The position numbers were made by a program, and so were the translations under genes. From assembly GCA_964486225.1 (NCBI GenBank), contig CAZAMQ010000003.1:1-60677 (forward strand): a DNA stretch of 60,677 nucleotides, read 5' to 3'. The DNA comes from an uncultured Thermoplasmata archaeon. GTDB taxonomy: Archaea > Thermoplasmatota > Thermoplasmata > Halarchaeoplasmatales > Halarchaeoplasmataceae. Positions 29,542-39,901 of this stretch are shown piece after piece (the stretch's first letter is position 1; the number at the start of each line of letters is the position of its first letter). The notes below the pieces were generated by a model. That model did no database searches. It saw only the letters and a list, made by a program, of their open reading frames with translations, and was not told the DNA's origin.

Positions 29542-30591
29542 TCAATCATCTATTACGGGGAGCAGTAGTAATCGATCCGGTGTTTTTACCACCTTCACAT
29601 AATCTCCCCCACTTATGAACCCTTCGGGCTTTAGTAATGTTACCGTCTGGTATGTATCGGGATCAAGAATCTTCATCTCCTTATCGTTTTCAGAAACTTT
29701 CACGGCTTCCTTGATAAGTTCGTCACTGCCTAAAACATCTACATCTTCCAGCTCCCGTCTCTCCATAGAGATCCTCCTGCCCGTCTCTACGTGGGTCAAC
29801 GTAACATGGCCGCTTGACGTCCCTATCTCGATGACCCTGTAAAGCTCGTTTTCCAGATACAGAAAATCCCCTCTTTCGTAAGGGGGAAGTCTTACCGAGT
29901 ACGTCATTTTGTATATGTTCCTGCCGTCCTTTCTACCGGCAAGGCTTGACGAAGATATTACCTTTCCACCGAAAACGTTTGATATCTCCTTCGATAATTT
30001 CTTTGCAACTCCGTTGTCGCTCAGATAGAAATCCAGGCCGCCGTGTATCTCTTCACTACTGGTGATGAAAATATTGCGTTCGCCACCCCTTCTCTCCTCA
30101 ACTTCCCTTTTTACCATCTCCTTTACAAGGGCTTTTTGATCCGCTCGCATCTCACGTGACCTAGGCCTTACCTGAAGGATCGCCTCGTAATAATTACCAT
30201 GTATTCGACTGCAGGTTTTACACTGAACTTTTTTAAATATTATACGTGTAGATATATCCCTTTCCACTTTTATGTCGTTAGAGATCAATTCTACTTTGAT
30301 CCGGGCCAAATAATTTCTAGGATCCTCTTCTATAAAATATACACGGAATGAGTACCTGCTTACCTCGGGAGAGATCGAGATGGCTCTATCTATCCTCTCA
30401 AGCATTATGGAGTTCATGTCAGGTCGCTCCTTCCAGGTATGCCCCTGCCTGACCGCCCAACATGAGGTGCATACGTCTATATCCAGGTGTTCATCTATAT
30501 CCGCCTGTAATCTTTTCCCGTAGCACTCTTCACAAAGACTGTCATAGAGTTTTTCCGGTTCCTTACCACACTCAACACAGAACATGTTCAC
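29542..30591 (-). CDS. nmd3: NMD3 family ribosome-associated protein
   Basis: FCVECG..LCEEC, C..C, YYEAILQVR, GGLDFY, YSVRLP. Confidence 0.93.
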   Translation of the reverse strand: MNMFCVECGKEPEKLYDSLCEECYGKRLQADIDEHLDIDVCTSCWAVRQGHTWKERPDMNSIMLERIDRAISISPEVSRYSFRVYFIEEDPRNYLARIKVELISNDIKVERDISTRIIFKKVQCKTCSRIHGNYYEAILQVRPRSREMRADQKALVKEMVKREVEERRGGERNIFITSSEEIHGGLDFYLSDNGVAKKLSKEISNVFGGKVISSSSLAGRKDGRNIYKMTYSVRLPPYERGDFLYLENELYRVIEIGTSSGHVTLTHVETGRRISMERRELEDVDVLGSDELIKEAVKVSENDKEMKILDPDTYQTVTLLKPEGFISGGDYVKVVKTPDRLLLLPVIDD

Positions 30592-30600
30592 GTTGGATAT

Positions 30601-30897
30601 TTACACACGGACTATTTGAAGATGAGGGACGCCTTCGACCCATAGTACATCCTCCTTCATCCCAAAACCATTCTCTATCGCGGTATTTACAGTACGTTCG
30701 CCAACCAGATTGGCGATGGTACTTTTCGTTATTTGGACGTACAGTCCTTTTCCGTCGGTTGTTTCTCCCTGGTAAAACGACTTCTTCACCGAGAGACATA
30801 TCTCTCCCTTTTTGAATTTCTTGCCTAGGATATCTTTATCGCAGGCAGCTAAAAGCACTTCCTCGCCTTGTAAGTATACCTTATAGCTTATGTCTAT
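30601..30897 (-). CDS. DUF424 family protein (start uncertain; annotated ORF begins at 30858)
   Basis: LLAACD..ILG, FY.G, ANLVGERTV, GVPH; the open frame continues upstream of GTG 30858. Confidence 0.85.
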   Translation of the reverse strand: MDISYKVYLQGEEVLLAACDKDILGKKFKKGEICLSVKKSFYQGETTDGKGLYVQITKSTIANLVGERTVNTAIENGFGMKEDVLWVEGVPHLQIVRV

Positions 30898-30912
30898 TTT
30901 AACACATCCCGG

Positions 30913-32979
30913 TCAGCTCAATCGATATTTATCGTGCACTGGCTCATATATCTGTCCGTTCTTTCTCATTCGCTTCAGTTCCTTGATAGCTTTTTCTCTG
31001 GATATACCTTTATCCTCGGCATCCTTTATAATATCTTCCTTAGGAGCACCCTCCTCGTGAACCTCTTGAAGTTTTCTGATAATCTCTCTCATCTCATGTA
31101 GGGTGGTCCTCTCCGAATGTGAGACATCCGAGGCAACCATGTCTATATCCCAACCTCTTTCAGTGTAGGCCACCTTATTCAGGAAATGCTTGGTAACGTT
31201 GATGGCCCTTTCCGCATCAACCGTAGTTATGGTATCCCTCAGATGTGCACGTGCACTGGCTTCAGAAAGACGAACCAAGGATTCCAGCTGCCTTGCGGTG
31301 ATAGGGATGGATTCACCTTCTTGTCCCTCGCCGCGTATCTTAAGATAAAATTCACGCATTCGTTCGATGCTCTCCTCCGTCATCACAGGGTATATTCGTT
31401 TTGCATAGGCCACGTATTTACGTAGAAATTCCTTTTCAAATTTAGGTTTCAACATCTCATCAGGTTCGTATTTATCGTCACCCATCATCCTCTCACCTTC
31501 CCTGTGTGCGGTGAGTATATGAACCGCTATGTTCCTGTCATCTTCTTTGTCGGGTACATCCTTAATCGCAAAGATCAAATCGAACCTTGATATCAAAGGC
31601 GGAGGCAGGTTGATCTGTTGTGATATGTTCTCGTGAGGTTCAAAACGTCCGTATCGTGGGTTGGCTGCGCCCAGCAGAGCACATCTCGAGTTCAACCTTG
31701 CATTTATGCCTGCCTTTGCTATGGAGATGGTCTGCTGTTCCATGGCCTCGTGCATGGAACTCCGATCCTCGTTTCTCATCTTATCTAACTCATCAACTGC
31801 CGCAATACCTTTATCCGCCAGCACTAATGTACCGGCTTCCAGTATCCATCTACTTTCTCCCATCACCTCTTCCCTGATAGCCGCTGCAGTTAGCCCCGCA
31901 CCGGTGGAGCCCCTCCCGGATGCGTACATGCCCCTTGGTGATAGGTCTGATATGTACCTTAGCAACATGCTCTTCGCTGTCCCCGGATCACCCACCAGCA
32001 ATATGTGTATGTCCCCTCTTATCTTCTGACCGTCCGGCATCTTCTTTCTGACTCCCCCGAACAACTGAAGTGCAAGCCCCATCTTTTCCTCTCTTAAACC
32101 AAATAAGGTCGGTGCTATGGAATCGATGATCCTATTGAATACCTTTTCATCCTTTGCAGCTTCCTCTATAGCTTCCTTATCCTCCTCCGAGAGTTCGACT
32201 TCTTCGTACTCGTATTGCCTTATCTCTATACTGTTCACGCGTATAAAAATGTTATAAGTCCTTGAGTCTCCACCTCCTTTACCCGATTTAGGTTCTCCAT
32301 CAAGTATGCCGTTTATGGTTATCCTGTCACCCGGTGATATCCTCCCCACAAGATCTTCTTCCACCCAGCCCTTCAAACGCTGAGGCTGGTCGCCTCCCCG
32401 AAGACCTTCAGGACTCTCCTGCACCTCCAGATTCTGGTAATCTGTGAACACCGACTCCTCCAACTGTAAGAAGAACCTTGTTTTCTGGGCGGATTTACCG
32501 CATCCGGCACATTCATGAGGACCCTCTATGTTTCCACCTTCCTGTTGAATTCTTGTTACCGCATCACAGCGCACGCATTTGAAAGCCGCTAGTGATAGAC
32601 GGGGACGCACCTCAGTAACCTTTCTTACCAGACCGTCGATAGCGATGAATTTGATTAAATCCTCCGCACGTATGTCACGTATCGGTCTGCTCGCTGCTTC
32701 AGGCAGTTTTTGTATTCTGATAAAGATGTGGACGGCCTCGTACGACTTACCAAGGATCTCGGAGATAGATTCCTCCCCCTGGGCGAAGGCTCGTTTCGGA
32801 TGGTTCAATACATATGTAGGAAAATCATCTCCAAAATAAAGTATCATATCTTCGTAGAAAATGTTGATGGACATCTCATCCGGATAGTTATCTGCTATCT
32901 TGACGAGCTCCGCGTATCGTTCTTCCTCAAAGTATTCCTTGAACTTTTGTTTTATTTCCGCATTGGTGTACTCTTTCAT
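30913..32979 (-). CDS. mcm: Replicative helicase MCM
   Basis: Zn finger CVRC..CAGC, GDPGTAKS, VDELDKM, HEAMEQQ, SRFD, ITARQLE; no intein; likely start ATG 32979. Confidence 0.97.
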   Translation of the reverse strand: MKEYTNAEIKQKFKEYFEEERYAELVKIADNYPDEMSINIFYEDMILYFGDDFPTYVLNHPKRAFAQGEESISEILGKSYEAVHIFIRIQKLPEAASRPIRDIRAEDLIKFIAIDGLVRKVTEVRPRLSLAAFKCVRCDAVTRIQQEGGNIEGPHECAGCGKSAQKTRFFLQLEESVFTDYQNLEVQESPEGLRGGDQPQRLKGWVEEDLVGRISPGDRITINGILDGEPKSGKGGGDSRTYNIFIRVNSIEIRQYEYEEVELSEEDKEAIEEAAKDEKVFNRIIDSIAPTLFGLREEKMGLALQLFGGVRKKMPDGQKIRGDIHILLVGDPGTAKSMLLRYISDLSPRGMYASGRGSTGAGLTAAAIREEVMGESRWILEAGTLVLADKGIAAVDELDKMRNEDRSSMHEAMEQQTISIAKAGINARLNSRCALLGAANPRYGRFEPHENISQQINLPPPLISRFDLIFAIKDVPDKEDDRNIAVHILTAHREGERMMGDDKYEPDEMLKPKFEKEFLRKYVAYAKRIYPVMTEESIERMREFYLKIRGEGQEGESIPITARQLESLVRLSEASARAHLRDTITTVDAERAINVTKHFLNKVAYTERGWDIDMVASDVSHSERTTLHEMREIIRKLQEVHEEGAPKEDIIKDAEDKGISREKAIKELKRMRKNGQIYEPVHDKYRLS

Positions 32980-33128
32980 CGATATATCTCCGGGGAAACA
33001 CCCCATAGATAGATACGTTTTTAACCTTTTTGGGAAAGGAACAACACACCTTGGGTTCACTCGTAAAAAGCATGATTCCAGGGTTTTATTCGTGCCCCTC
33101 GCTTTGTTTGATTGATAGTAGGTATGAA

Positions 33129-33525
33129 TTATTTCTGCGATGGTTGGCTTCCGGAGATATTTAAGAATGACTTAAATATGTTTAGCTGTCCCTCTACGAA
33201 TCTATCTACTTCATATTTTCGTTCTATCTCTAAGACCAAGGTTATTATAAAAAGGAACAGCAGCACCGCCCCTATTACATCCGATATATAATGTTGACCG
33301 AGAGAGACCGTGCACAGACCTACCGTAACCGGTATGATAAAAAAAGGTAATAGATATTTAACCGACCTTTTATTCAAGATGAAGATACACAGACTGATGA
33401 AAAAAATTACCGTTCCTATCGTATGGCCGCTGGGATAGGAATATTGGGATAAAAAGAGGAAGCTCGTAAAGGAAAGACGGCTAAGGTTCGTTTCGACTGG
33501 TTCAATACATAGATGAGAAAAATAT
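33129..33525 (-). pseudogene. PAP2-family phosphatase remnant (5' part disrupted)
   Basis: SYPSGHT (around 33420-33440) and GQHYISDV lie in one frame that is closed upstream by a stop, with no start codon before the motifs. Confidence 0.75.
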
Positions 33526-33940
33526 CACCGTAATACGGAATCTGTTTTTCGTAAAGTACGTTGATGGGTATCTCGTCGAGAAGAAGTTTAGGCTCTCTGA
33601 AAAAGAAGCATGAGGAGGCTACACCTTCGGATGAAGATATCAGTAGTACGGATGAAAATGAGGTTGAAACGGAACCGGAAGAGGATGTGTAGACCGAACA
33701 CCACCCAGATTCCATCGGTCGTATACATACTGATGCATCGGAAGATATGATAAGAAGTATGTAGATGATAAGGACGCACAGGAGGGCTTCCGTCTGACAG
33801 CAGCGGGGGACAGCTCGCTGAAGGTGATCCTGAGGCTAGACCTATAACTGCGCACCCCAGGATATAGTCGATATATTTAAATAGGTAAAGCCATCTAAAC
33901 GGATTGTCTGACAAATATATGACATATGGTGGGATAACAT

Positions 33941-34078
33941 ATGACAAAAGAAGCAAGTATATGGGATACCGTCGAGAAGTACAAGTACGCCATACTGTAC
34001 TACGTGTACTTCGCTACCTGCCTTGTGGTGGCACTCATACTCGCCAGGCCAAACGAGATATTATCGGCCTTCATCTAG
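33941..34078 (+). CDS. 45-aa single-TM small protein (not in ORF track)
   Basis: MTKEASIWDTVEKYKYAILYYVYFATCLVVALILARPNEILSAFI; SD-like GGTGGG; TATA-like TTTAAATA near 33875. Confidence 0.5.
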   Translation: MTKEASIWDTVEKYKYAILYYVYFATCLVVALILARPNEILSAFI

Positions 34079-35026
34079 AAGAGAACGCACCGTCAATGCG
34101 ATGGCCTCTCCGCTCTTGTATTCGGGAGACCAGCCGAGGGACTCTAGTTTATCCAAAGATAGTAACATTATTTTTACATCACCTTTCCAGCCACGACCAC
34201 CGTCAACACCGCCGGTCCAGGAATATTCTACATCCTCCAGACCCATCTCGCGACAGACGATATCCGCTATAGCTTTCACGTCGGTGTGATCCTTCGAGCC
34301 TATGTTGAAATATTCCACCCTGTCCCTTGCATTTTCTACAGCAAAGAGCATACCGTCTATGCAGTCCGTTATGTAAAAGTATGATTTTGTGGTTCCGGGA
34401 GGACTTCCGAGTATCTCAAGTTCTTCAGGGTTCCTCCTCAACTTGTTGACGAAGTCGTAGGTGACACCGTGTGTACTCCTGGGACCTACCACATTGGCGA
34501 ATCGGAAGGATATGCCCCGCATATCAAAGGTACTGCAGTAGGCGGATATAAGTGCTTCACAACCCAGTTTAGACGAGCCGTATAGTGATATCGGCTTCAA
34601 GGGGCCCATGTCTTCAGGCGTGGGTATTATGTCCGTTTCACCGTACACCGTGGAAGTGGAGGTGAAAACTATATCACGTAAACCGTGCCTTCTCATCACT
34701 TCCAGCACCCTGTAGGTTGCCAGTATATTCTGTTCCAGGTGAGTATATGTATCCACGGCACCCACCCTGACATCCGGATTCGCCGCCAGATGGAATACCA
34801 AGTCGAACCCCTCCATCTCACGGTAAAGAGCCTCCTCGTCCAGGACGTCTTCTTCCACCAGCTCAAAATTATCTTCGTTAGCTAAATGGTCCAAAAATTC
34901 CTTCTTACCGGAACTGAGATTGTCGTAGCCCTTAACGTAATTATCTTCGATCAGAGCGTCCACCAGATGACTTCCGATGAACCCAGCGGCACCCGTTACC
35001 AGTATCCTTCTATTCTTTGGTTTCAT
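34061..35026 (-). CDS. NAD-dependent epimerase/dehydratase (UDP-glucose 4-epimerase-like)
   Basis: VTGAAGFIGSH, HLAA, STSTVYG, YGSSK. Confidence 0.92.
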   Translation of the reverse strand: MKPKNRRILVTGAAGFIGSHLVDALIEDNYVKGYDNLSSGKKEFLDHLANEDNFELVEEDVLDEEALYREMEGFDLVFHLAANPDVRVGAVDTYTHLEQNILATYRVLEVMRRHGLRDIVFTSTSTVYGETDIIPTPEDMGPLKPISLYGSSKLGCEALISAYCSTFDMRGISFRFANVVGPRSTHGVTYDFVNKLRRNPEELEILGSPPGTTKSYFYITDCIDGMLFAVENARDRVEYFNIGSKDHTDVKAIADIVCREMGLEDVEYSWTGGVDGGRGWKGDVKIMLLSLDKLESLGWSPEYKSGEAIALTVRSLLDEGR

Positions 35027-35747
35027 TTTTAGCTAACTCCTTATGGTTCTTTATGAAATAGTAGGCGAATATAAAGACTATAGCGATGATGATAAGAACA
35101 CTTATACCTTGGAACAAGCTGGTTTCGAAGGCTTTCAGTACCGCACTTCCCAGGTAATATGATATTGAGGCGATGAGGAAGCATCCGGAAAATGAACCTA
35201 TTATGATAGCGGTCCAAGCATGGTACTTGTTCATGCCGATCACCTTGCCCAGTATGGATGCACCCACGCCTCCGCTTCCCTGGAACGGGAATACCACAAA
35301 AAGAGCAACTCCCACGAAGGCTATCTTTGATATCCACGGCTTCTCCTTCATCTTCTGTGCGCCGAAGTTCTCGAACTTGGTGAGCCATCTGCCTATCAAA
35401 GGTATCTTCTTGACTATGTAAATGTTCCACAGCAGAAAGTACGAGGTGATCACATCCACGAATGCTATGGCTGATGCAACGATAGTGATTATCACCAGAG
35501 GTCCCAGATTAGTGCTTCTGTTCAACTCGTTTACCACGATAGGAATTATGCTTTCCTTGCCAGCCGGCGGGAAGAAGTAACCGAAAATCCCACCACTCAC
35601 CTTCCAGAATATGCCGTGTGGGTTCAGTATCAAGTAGAGTAGGTATATGAAAAGTACCGCTATGAGGAATGGGTTGAAGAATAGGAATAATTTACCGTAA
35701 TTGGTTCTGAAGAACCCGTCTTCTCCGTTGCCGTTCTTTTCAGACAT
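35010..35747 (-). CDS. Membrane protein, small multidrug export-like family
   Basis: FFPPAGKESIIP and LFVVFPFQGSGG; multiple TMs; likely start ATG 35747. Confidence 0.75.
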   Translation of the reverse strand: MSEKNGNGEDGFFRTNYGKLFLFFNPFLIAVLFIYLLYLILNPHGIFWKVSGGIFGYFFPPAGKESIIPIVVNELNRSTNLGPLVIITIVASAIAFVDVITSYFLLWNIYIVKKIPLIGRWLTKFENFGAQKMKEKPWISKIAFVGVALFVVFPFQGSGGVGASILGKVIGMNKYHAWTAIIIGSFSGCFLIASISYYLGSAVLKAFETSLFQGISVLIIIAIVFIFAYYFIKNHKELAKNETKE

Positions 35748-35808
35748 CTTTGGGTGATGTGAGTTTGTGGTAATAATACCTTTTGGTTTCATCTGTCTGA
35801 GGTGTATA

Positions 35809-36468
35809 TCATCTCTCGACCAACAACACGGCGTGGTCCTTCTGCCTCCTTCCGATATCCGTCCTTCGAAGAACTTTAACACCTTCATCCTTCAGCTTAT
35901 CCTCCATGTCCCGGTATATGCCCATGGCTTTCCGGGATACATGGACACTCCTGGCTTTGACGACAAACAATCCCCTGCATCCATGCCTCAGATACGGTAA
36001 ATTCTTAATGAATATCTCCGCCTGATCACGCTGAGCGATGTCCTGGTACAAAAAATCCACCGTTGGTACGATATCACGGTACTTCTCCGGGTGCCTTGCA
36101 TCCCCCAATATGGGAAAAATATTTTTTCTTTTCTCCGAAAGTGTCAATAAGTGCCTATATGGTTTGTCCGACAGCTCAACTGCAAATATCTTACCTTGGG
36201 TGAGTACATCCGAAAGGTAGCTGGTAGTTGTGCCATCTCCCGCGCCCAAGTAGAGTATATTCATGTCCGCCTTCACCGGTAATCCGCCCTCTAATTCAAG
36301 ATAGGCGCCCAGCTTGCTTCGATGAGGTTCCCAGTGCCTGTATTCAAAACCGTCGATCTCTTTCAACTCTTCACCGTGATGACTCTGTCCGGGTAGGAGG
36401 TTCATAGTGTAGTACTTGTCTCCGCATCTGAGCACGCCTTCGGATACTTCTTCCGGTATCATCGACAC
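35809..36468 (-). CDS. flpA: Fibrillarin rRNA/tRNA 2'-O-methyltransferase
   Basis: WEPHRSKL, LYLGAGDGTT, NIFPILGDA, YQDIAQRDQ, KARS, DH. Confidence 0.96.
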   Translation of the reverse strand: MSMIPEEVSEGVLRCGDKYYTMNLLPGQSHHGEELKEIDGFEYRHWEPHRSKLGAYLELEGGLPVKADMNILYLGAGDGTTTSYLSDVLTQGKIFAVELSDKPYRHLLTLSEKRKNIFPILGDARHPEKYRDIVPTVDFLYQDIAQRDQAEIFIKNLPYLRHGCRGLFVVKARSVHVSRKAMGIYRDMEDKLKDEGVKVLRRTDIGRRQKDHAVLLVER

Positions 36469-37553
36469 ATCTCTTCCATAACCTTCGGAAATACATCTGC
36501 GAATAACTTCACCTGGGGCTCAGGTATGGTGAATGAAACCCTTATGAAGTTTTTACCAGCCTTCACCGAGACATAATTACCAGCTCGGACGAATATGTTG
36601 TGATCCTTCAAGAGTACCTCTTGGATATCCTCGGGATCGAGCCCGGTTTTACTGGTGTCTATAGCGAACATATTGGTGTTGGAAGGATATACGGGTAGTG
36701 ATACGTCAGGTATGGTATCCACTGCATCCTTGATTATACCCTGGTTATTGCGGGATTGTTTTATCATCCTGTCTATCCACTGGCTCTTGGTTTCCAAGGC
36801 CGTTTTGGCACCGACCTGAGCGAGTATGTTCGCCGATAGAGGGTTAGCTCGCCATCGGTGCAGTTCCTTGGACATCTCGTCGGGCATGATCAGGGCACCA
36901 AGGCGCATGCCGGCGAAGCCGCAGTTCTTGGAGAATGAATATATCAGTAAGCTCCGCTCGGGCACAAACTCCGTGGTCAGTGTATGCTCGTAAGCGAAAT
37001 CCCTGTATGTGATATCGTCGATCATCCAGATATCATTATCCTCCGCTATTTCGCACATGCCTTTGACCTCTTCCTTCGTATAAGAAGAGCCCAGCGGGTT
37101 GAGTGGGTCTATAAGTAGTATGAACTTCGTGTGTTCGTCAACCGCCTCGTTCACCTCTTCCACAGTCATCCGGTAGGGTTCCTTGTAAACGTATATCTCC
37201 TTTATGTCCGAGCCGCACAGTCGTATCTGGTGATGGATCGGCATGAAGCTCGGGTCCGACGCTATCACGTTGTCACTCTTCTTTAGCATGGCCCGGGTCA
37301 GCACATATGCAGCCTCTATACCTCCGTTGGTTATAAGGGCGTCGAAGTTTTCTTCTAAACCCAAGTCATTGAGTAACAATTCCTTCAAACCTGCCAGACC
37401 CTGCTGGTACGGATATAGGGCATACATTTTTTTCTTCACCGCCTCGATGATCTTGAGATTGATCATGGGACTCGTTTCCAACTCGTTGGTGTTCTGACTC
37501 ATCCAGATTATTTCGTCTTCTTTTTCATGGGCGTATTTGAAAGGATCTTCCAT
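36459..37553 (-). CDS. PLP-dependent aminotransferase class I/II
   Basis: DPLNPLG, DDITY, SFSKNCGFAGMRLG. Confidence 0.92.
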   Translation of the reverse strand: MEDPFKYAHEKEDEIIWMSQNTNELETSPMINLKIIEAVKKKMYALYPYQQGLAGLKELLLNDLGLEENFDALITNGGIEAAYVLTRAMLKKSDNVIASDPSFMPIHHQIRLCGSDIKEIYVYKEPYRMTVEEVNEAVDEHTKFILLIDPLNPLGSSYTKEEVKGMCEIAEDNDIWMIDDITYRDFAYEHTLTTEFVPERSLLIYSFSKNCGFAGMRLGALIMPDEMSKELHRWRANPLSANILAQVGAKTALETKSQWIDRMIKQSRNNQGIIKDAVDTIPDVSLPVYPSNTNMFAIDTSKTGLDPEDIQEVLLKDHNIFVRAGNYVSVKAGKNFIRVSFTIPEPQVKLFADVFPKVMEEMCR

Positions 37554-37641
37554 ATAACCACAATCCGAGGCAGTCTAAACAACAGTATAAACCTTTTGTA
37601 TATTCCTAAAGTATTTACCTGACAAGTTCATATCGTAGTAC

Positions 37642-38532
37642 ATGGACATGGGCAACGCCTTCACCGTTGACGTGGAAGAATGGTTCCACATCTCCGGCGT
37701 TGAAAGCCTACTAGAGGTCTCCAAGTGGGAATCATACGAACCCAGGGTAGTTGAAAATACCGGTAGGATATTGGACATCTTAGAGGAGCACGATGTAAAG
37801 GCCACTTTTTTCGTCCTGGGATGGATAGCGGAAAAATATCCCGGGTTGGTGAAGGATATCTGCCGCAGAGGTCACGAGCTTGGAACCCACGGGTACGACC
37901 ACCGACCGATTTACGAGATGAAACCCTTGGAATTCCGGACTGCCTTGAGAAAGTCCGTCAGAGTGCTGGAGGGTATCAGTGGTGAAAAGATCATCAAGCA
38001 TCGTGCACCCTCATTCTCGCTTAATGAAAGATCTTCATGGGCTTTTGATATACTCGCCCAGGAAGGTTTTTTGTATGATTCGTCCGTGTTCTACGGTCGT
38101 AAAGACATAGGCGGTACCGATTCACCTATTTTCTTTGAAAGAACCGTCTTTGGAATAGACACCCCTCACGGACCCATAATCGAGTATCCCCTTACAGTCA
38201 AGAAAATACTGTGCCGTAACATCCCCGTAACCGGCGGAGGCTACCTTAGAGCGACCCCCTTGTTCATCCTTAAACGGATGATAGATTCGATGCATCGGGA
38301 GGGCTTACCCATATGTTTGTACATTCATCCCTCGGACATAGATCCGGATCGGCCAGTACCCAAGGGTATCGGTCTCCGTAAACGGTTCAATGCAACTGTT
38401 GGCGTGAAAACCACAGAGAGGAAACTCAGATATCTGCTCCAACGATATGAATTCTATCCAATGAGTGAGATAATCAAGAATGCTGAGATACTGTCGTACA
38501 AAAGAGTACGTACAAAAAGTGCATCACAATAA
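37642..38532 (+). CDS. Polysaccharide deacetylase (DUF3473-containing type)
   Basis: TVDVEEWFH, ATFFVLG, HELGTHGYDH, RAPSFS, GGGYLR, YIHP. Confidence 0.92.
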   Translation: MDMGNAFTVDVEEWFHISGVESLLEVSKWESYEPRVVENTGRILDILEEHDVKATFFVLGWIAEKYPGLVKDICRRGHELGTHGYDHRPIYEMKPLEFRTALRKSVRVLEGISGEKIIKHRAPSFSLNERSSWAFDILAQEGFLYDSSVFYGRKDIGGTDSPIFFERTVFGIDTPHGPIIEYPLTVKKILCRNIPVTGGGYLRATPLFILKRMIDSMHREGLPICLYIHPSDIDPDRPVPKGIGLRKRFNATVGVKTTERKLRYLLQRYEFYPMSEIIKNAEILSYKRVRTKSASQ

Positions 38533-38659
38533 TGGTTGCTTCAGGGACGATGGCACAGGATTCTGACCGTTGACTACTGACATCCCCAAGTCGGCTTTTG
38601 GTCACGTGACAGTACGAAAGACATATAATGCAGAATGGGATGCACCTGGTGAGGATATA

Positions 38660-39901
38660 ATGAAAGCACTCATATTCGGTGCCGGTAGGCAAGCGGAAGG
38701 AATTGCATGGTATCTGGTCAACCACACTGATTTTGAGGAGATAGGTATATTCAGCAGATCTCCGGGTCCCATAGATGATATGATGGATTTTATCGGTAGT
38801 GAGAAACTTAAAAAGTATGTAGGAGACGTTATGGATTCCGAGAAGACCAAAGAGGTAATGAAAAATTACGACGTGGGTATAAACGCACTGCCCACCAGGC
38901 AGACCAGCTACAAAACGATAGAACTTGCCATGGAAATCGGTCTGAACATGGTGGATATACTGGAAGAATATCACAGGAGTCCCGATCCCTACGAGATGGA
39001 AGGTATGGAGATACCGGAAGGGATGACGGTGGACGAGTACGGTGAATATCTTCATGAAGGTTATAAGGAGAAAGGGATAATGCTCTTGGACGGAATAGGT
39101 TTCGCACCGGGCATCACCAACTTCACCCTGGGTGAAGCCCTCAGGGAGATGGATGAGACCAAGACAGCCATAGCCCGCTGTGGAGGTATACCGGATGAGG
39201 AATTCGCCCATGGACATCCGCTCAGATACATGATTACCTGGACCTTCGATCACGTTCTCAGGGAGTACAATATAAAATCCGCAGCTATCAAGGACGGAGA
39301 GAGAGTTGAATTGGAGGCTTTAACGCTGCAGGAAAGATTCCGGTTCGATAAATTCGGCAAGGATGTGGAGCTGGAATGTGCGGTGACACCGGGTATGCCC
39401 AGTTTCGTTCATACACGTCCCGAGCTAGAGAACACCTACGAGAAAACCATCCGTTGGCCCGGGCATTACGATACCATAAAGGAATTCAAAAAATGCGGTA
39501 TGCTTGACTTGGAACCTGTTGAGGTAGGCGGATGTGAGGTGGTACCTCGAGATGTATTGTTAAAGGTCATCACCCCTAGATTAAAACCCCAGAAAGGTGA
39601 AACAGACGTTTGTGTTATGTGGAATACTGCCGAAGGTATAAAGGACGGTAAAAAGATAACCATCGATTATTATGCGTGGGACGAAGAGGACGTGGAAGCC
39701 GGGCTTACGGCCATGCAGCGAAACACATGCTTCCCGCCGGCCATAAGTGCCGAGATGATGGCTAAAGAAGAGATCTCAGGTAAGGGCATAATTGCGCCGG
39801 AAGACTGTATAACGGGAACTGCATACGAGAAGATGATAGAACGGCTGAAAGATGTAGGTATAGTGATACTCAAAGAGACTACCCATTTTATTCACCGCTG
39901 A
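38660..39901 (+). CDS. Saccharopine dehydrogenase / lysine 6-dehydrogenase family protein
   Basis: IFGAGRQ Rossmann motif, GFAPGITN, CGGIP, KTIRWPGH; start ATG 38660. Confidence 0.88.
   Translation: MKALIFGAGRQAEGIAWYLVNHTDFEEIGIFSRSPGPIDDMMDFIGSEKLKKYVGDVMDSEKTKEVMKNYDVGINALPTRQTSYKTIELAMEIGLNMVDILEEYHRSPDPYEMEGMEIPEGMTVDEYGEYLHEGYKEKGIMLLDGIGFAPGITNFTLGEALREMDETKTAIARCGGIPDEEFAHGHPLRYMITWTFDHVLREYNIKSAAIKDGERVELEALTLQERFRFDKFGKDVELECAVTPGMPSFVHTRPELENTYEKTIRWPGHYDTIKEFKKCGMLDLEPVEVGGCEVVPRDVLLKVITPRLKPQKGETDVCVMWNTAEGIKDGKKITIDYYAWDEEDVEAGLTAMQRNTCFPPAISAEMMAKEEISGKGIIAPEDCITGTAYEKMIERLKDVGIVILKETTHFIHR

Noticed and set aside
33745..33835. Second C/D sRNA (ATGATAA...CTGA)
   Set aside because: Boxes are imperfect, spacing is wrong, there is no terminal stem, and the region is probably part of the PAP2 remnant.
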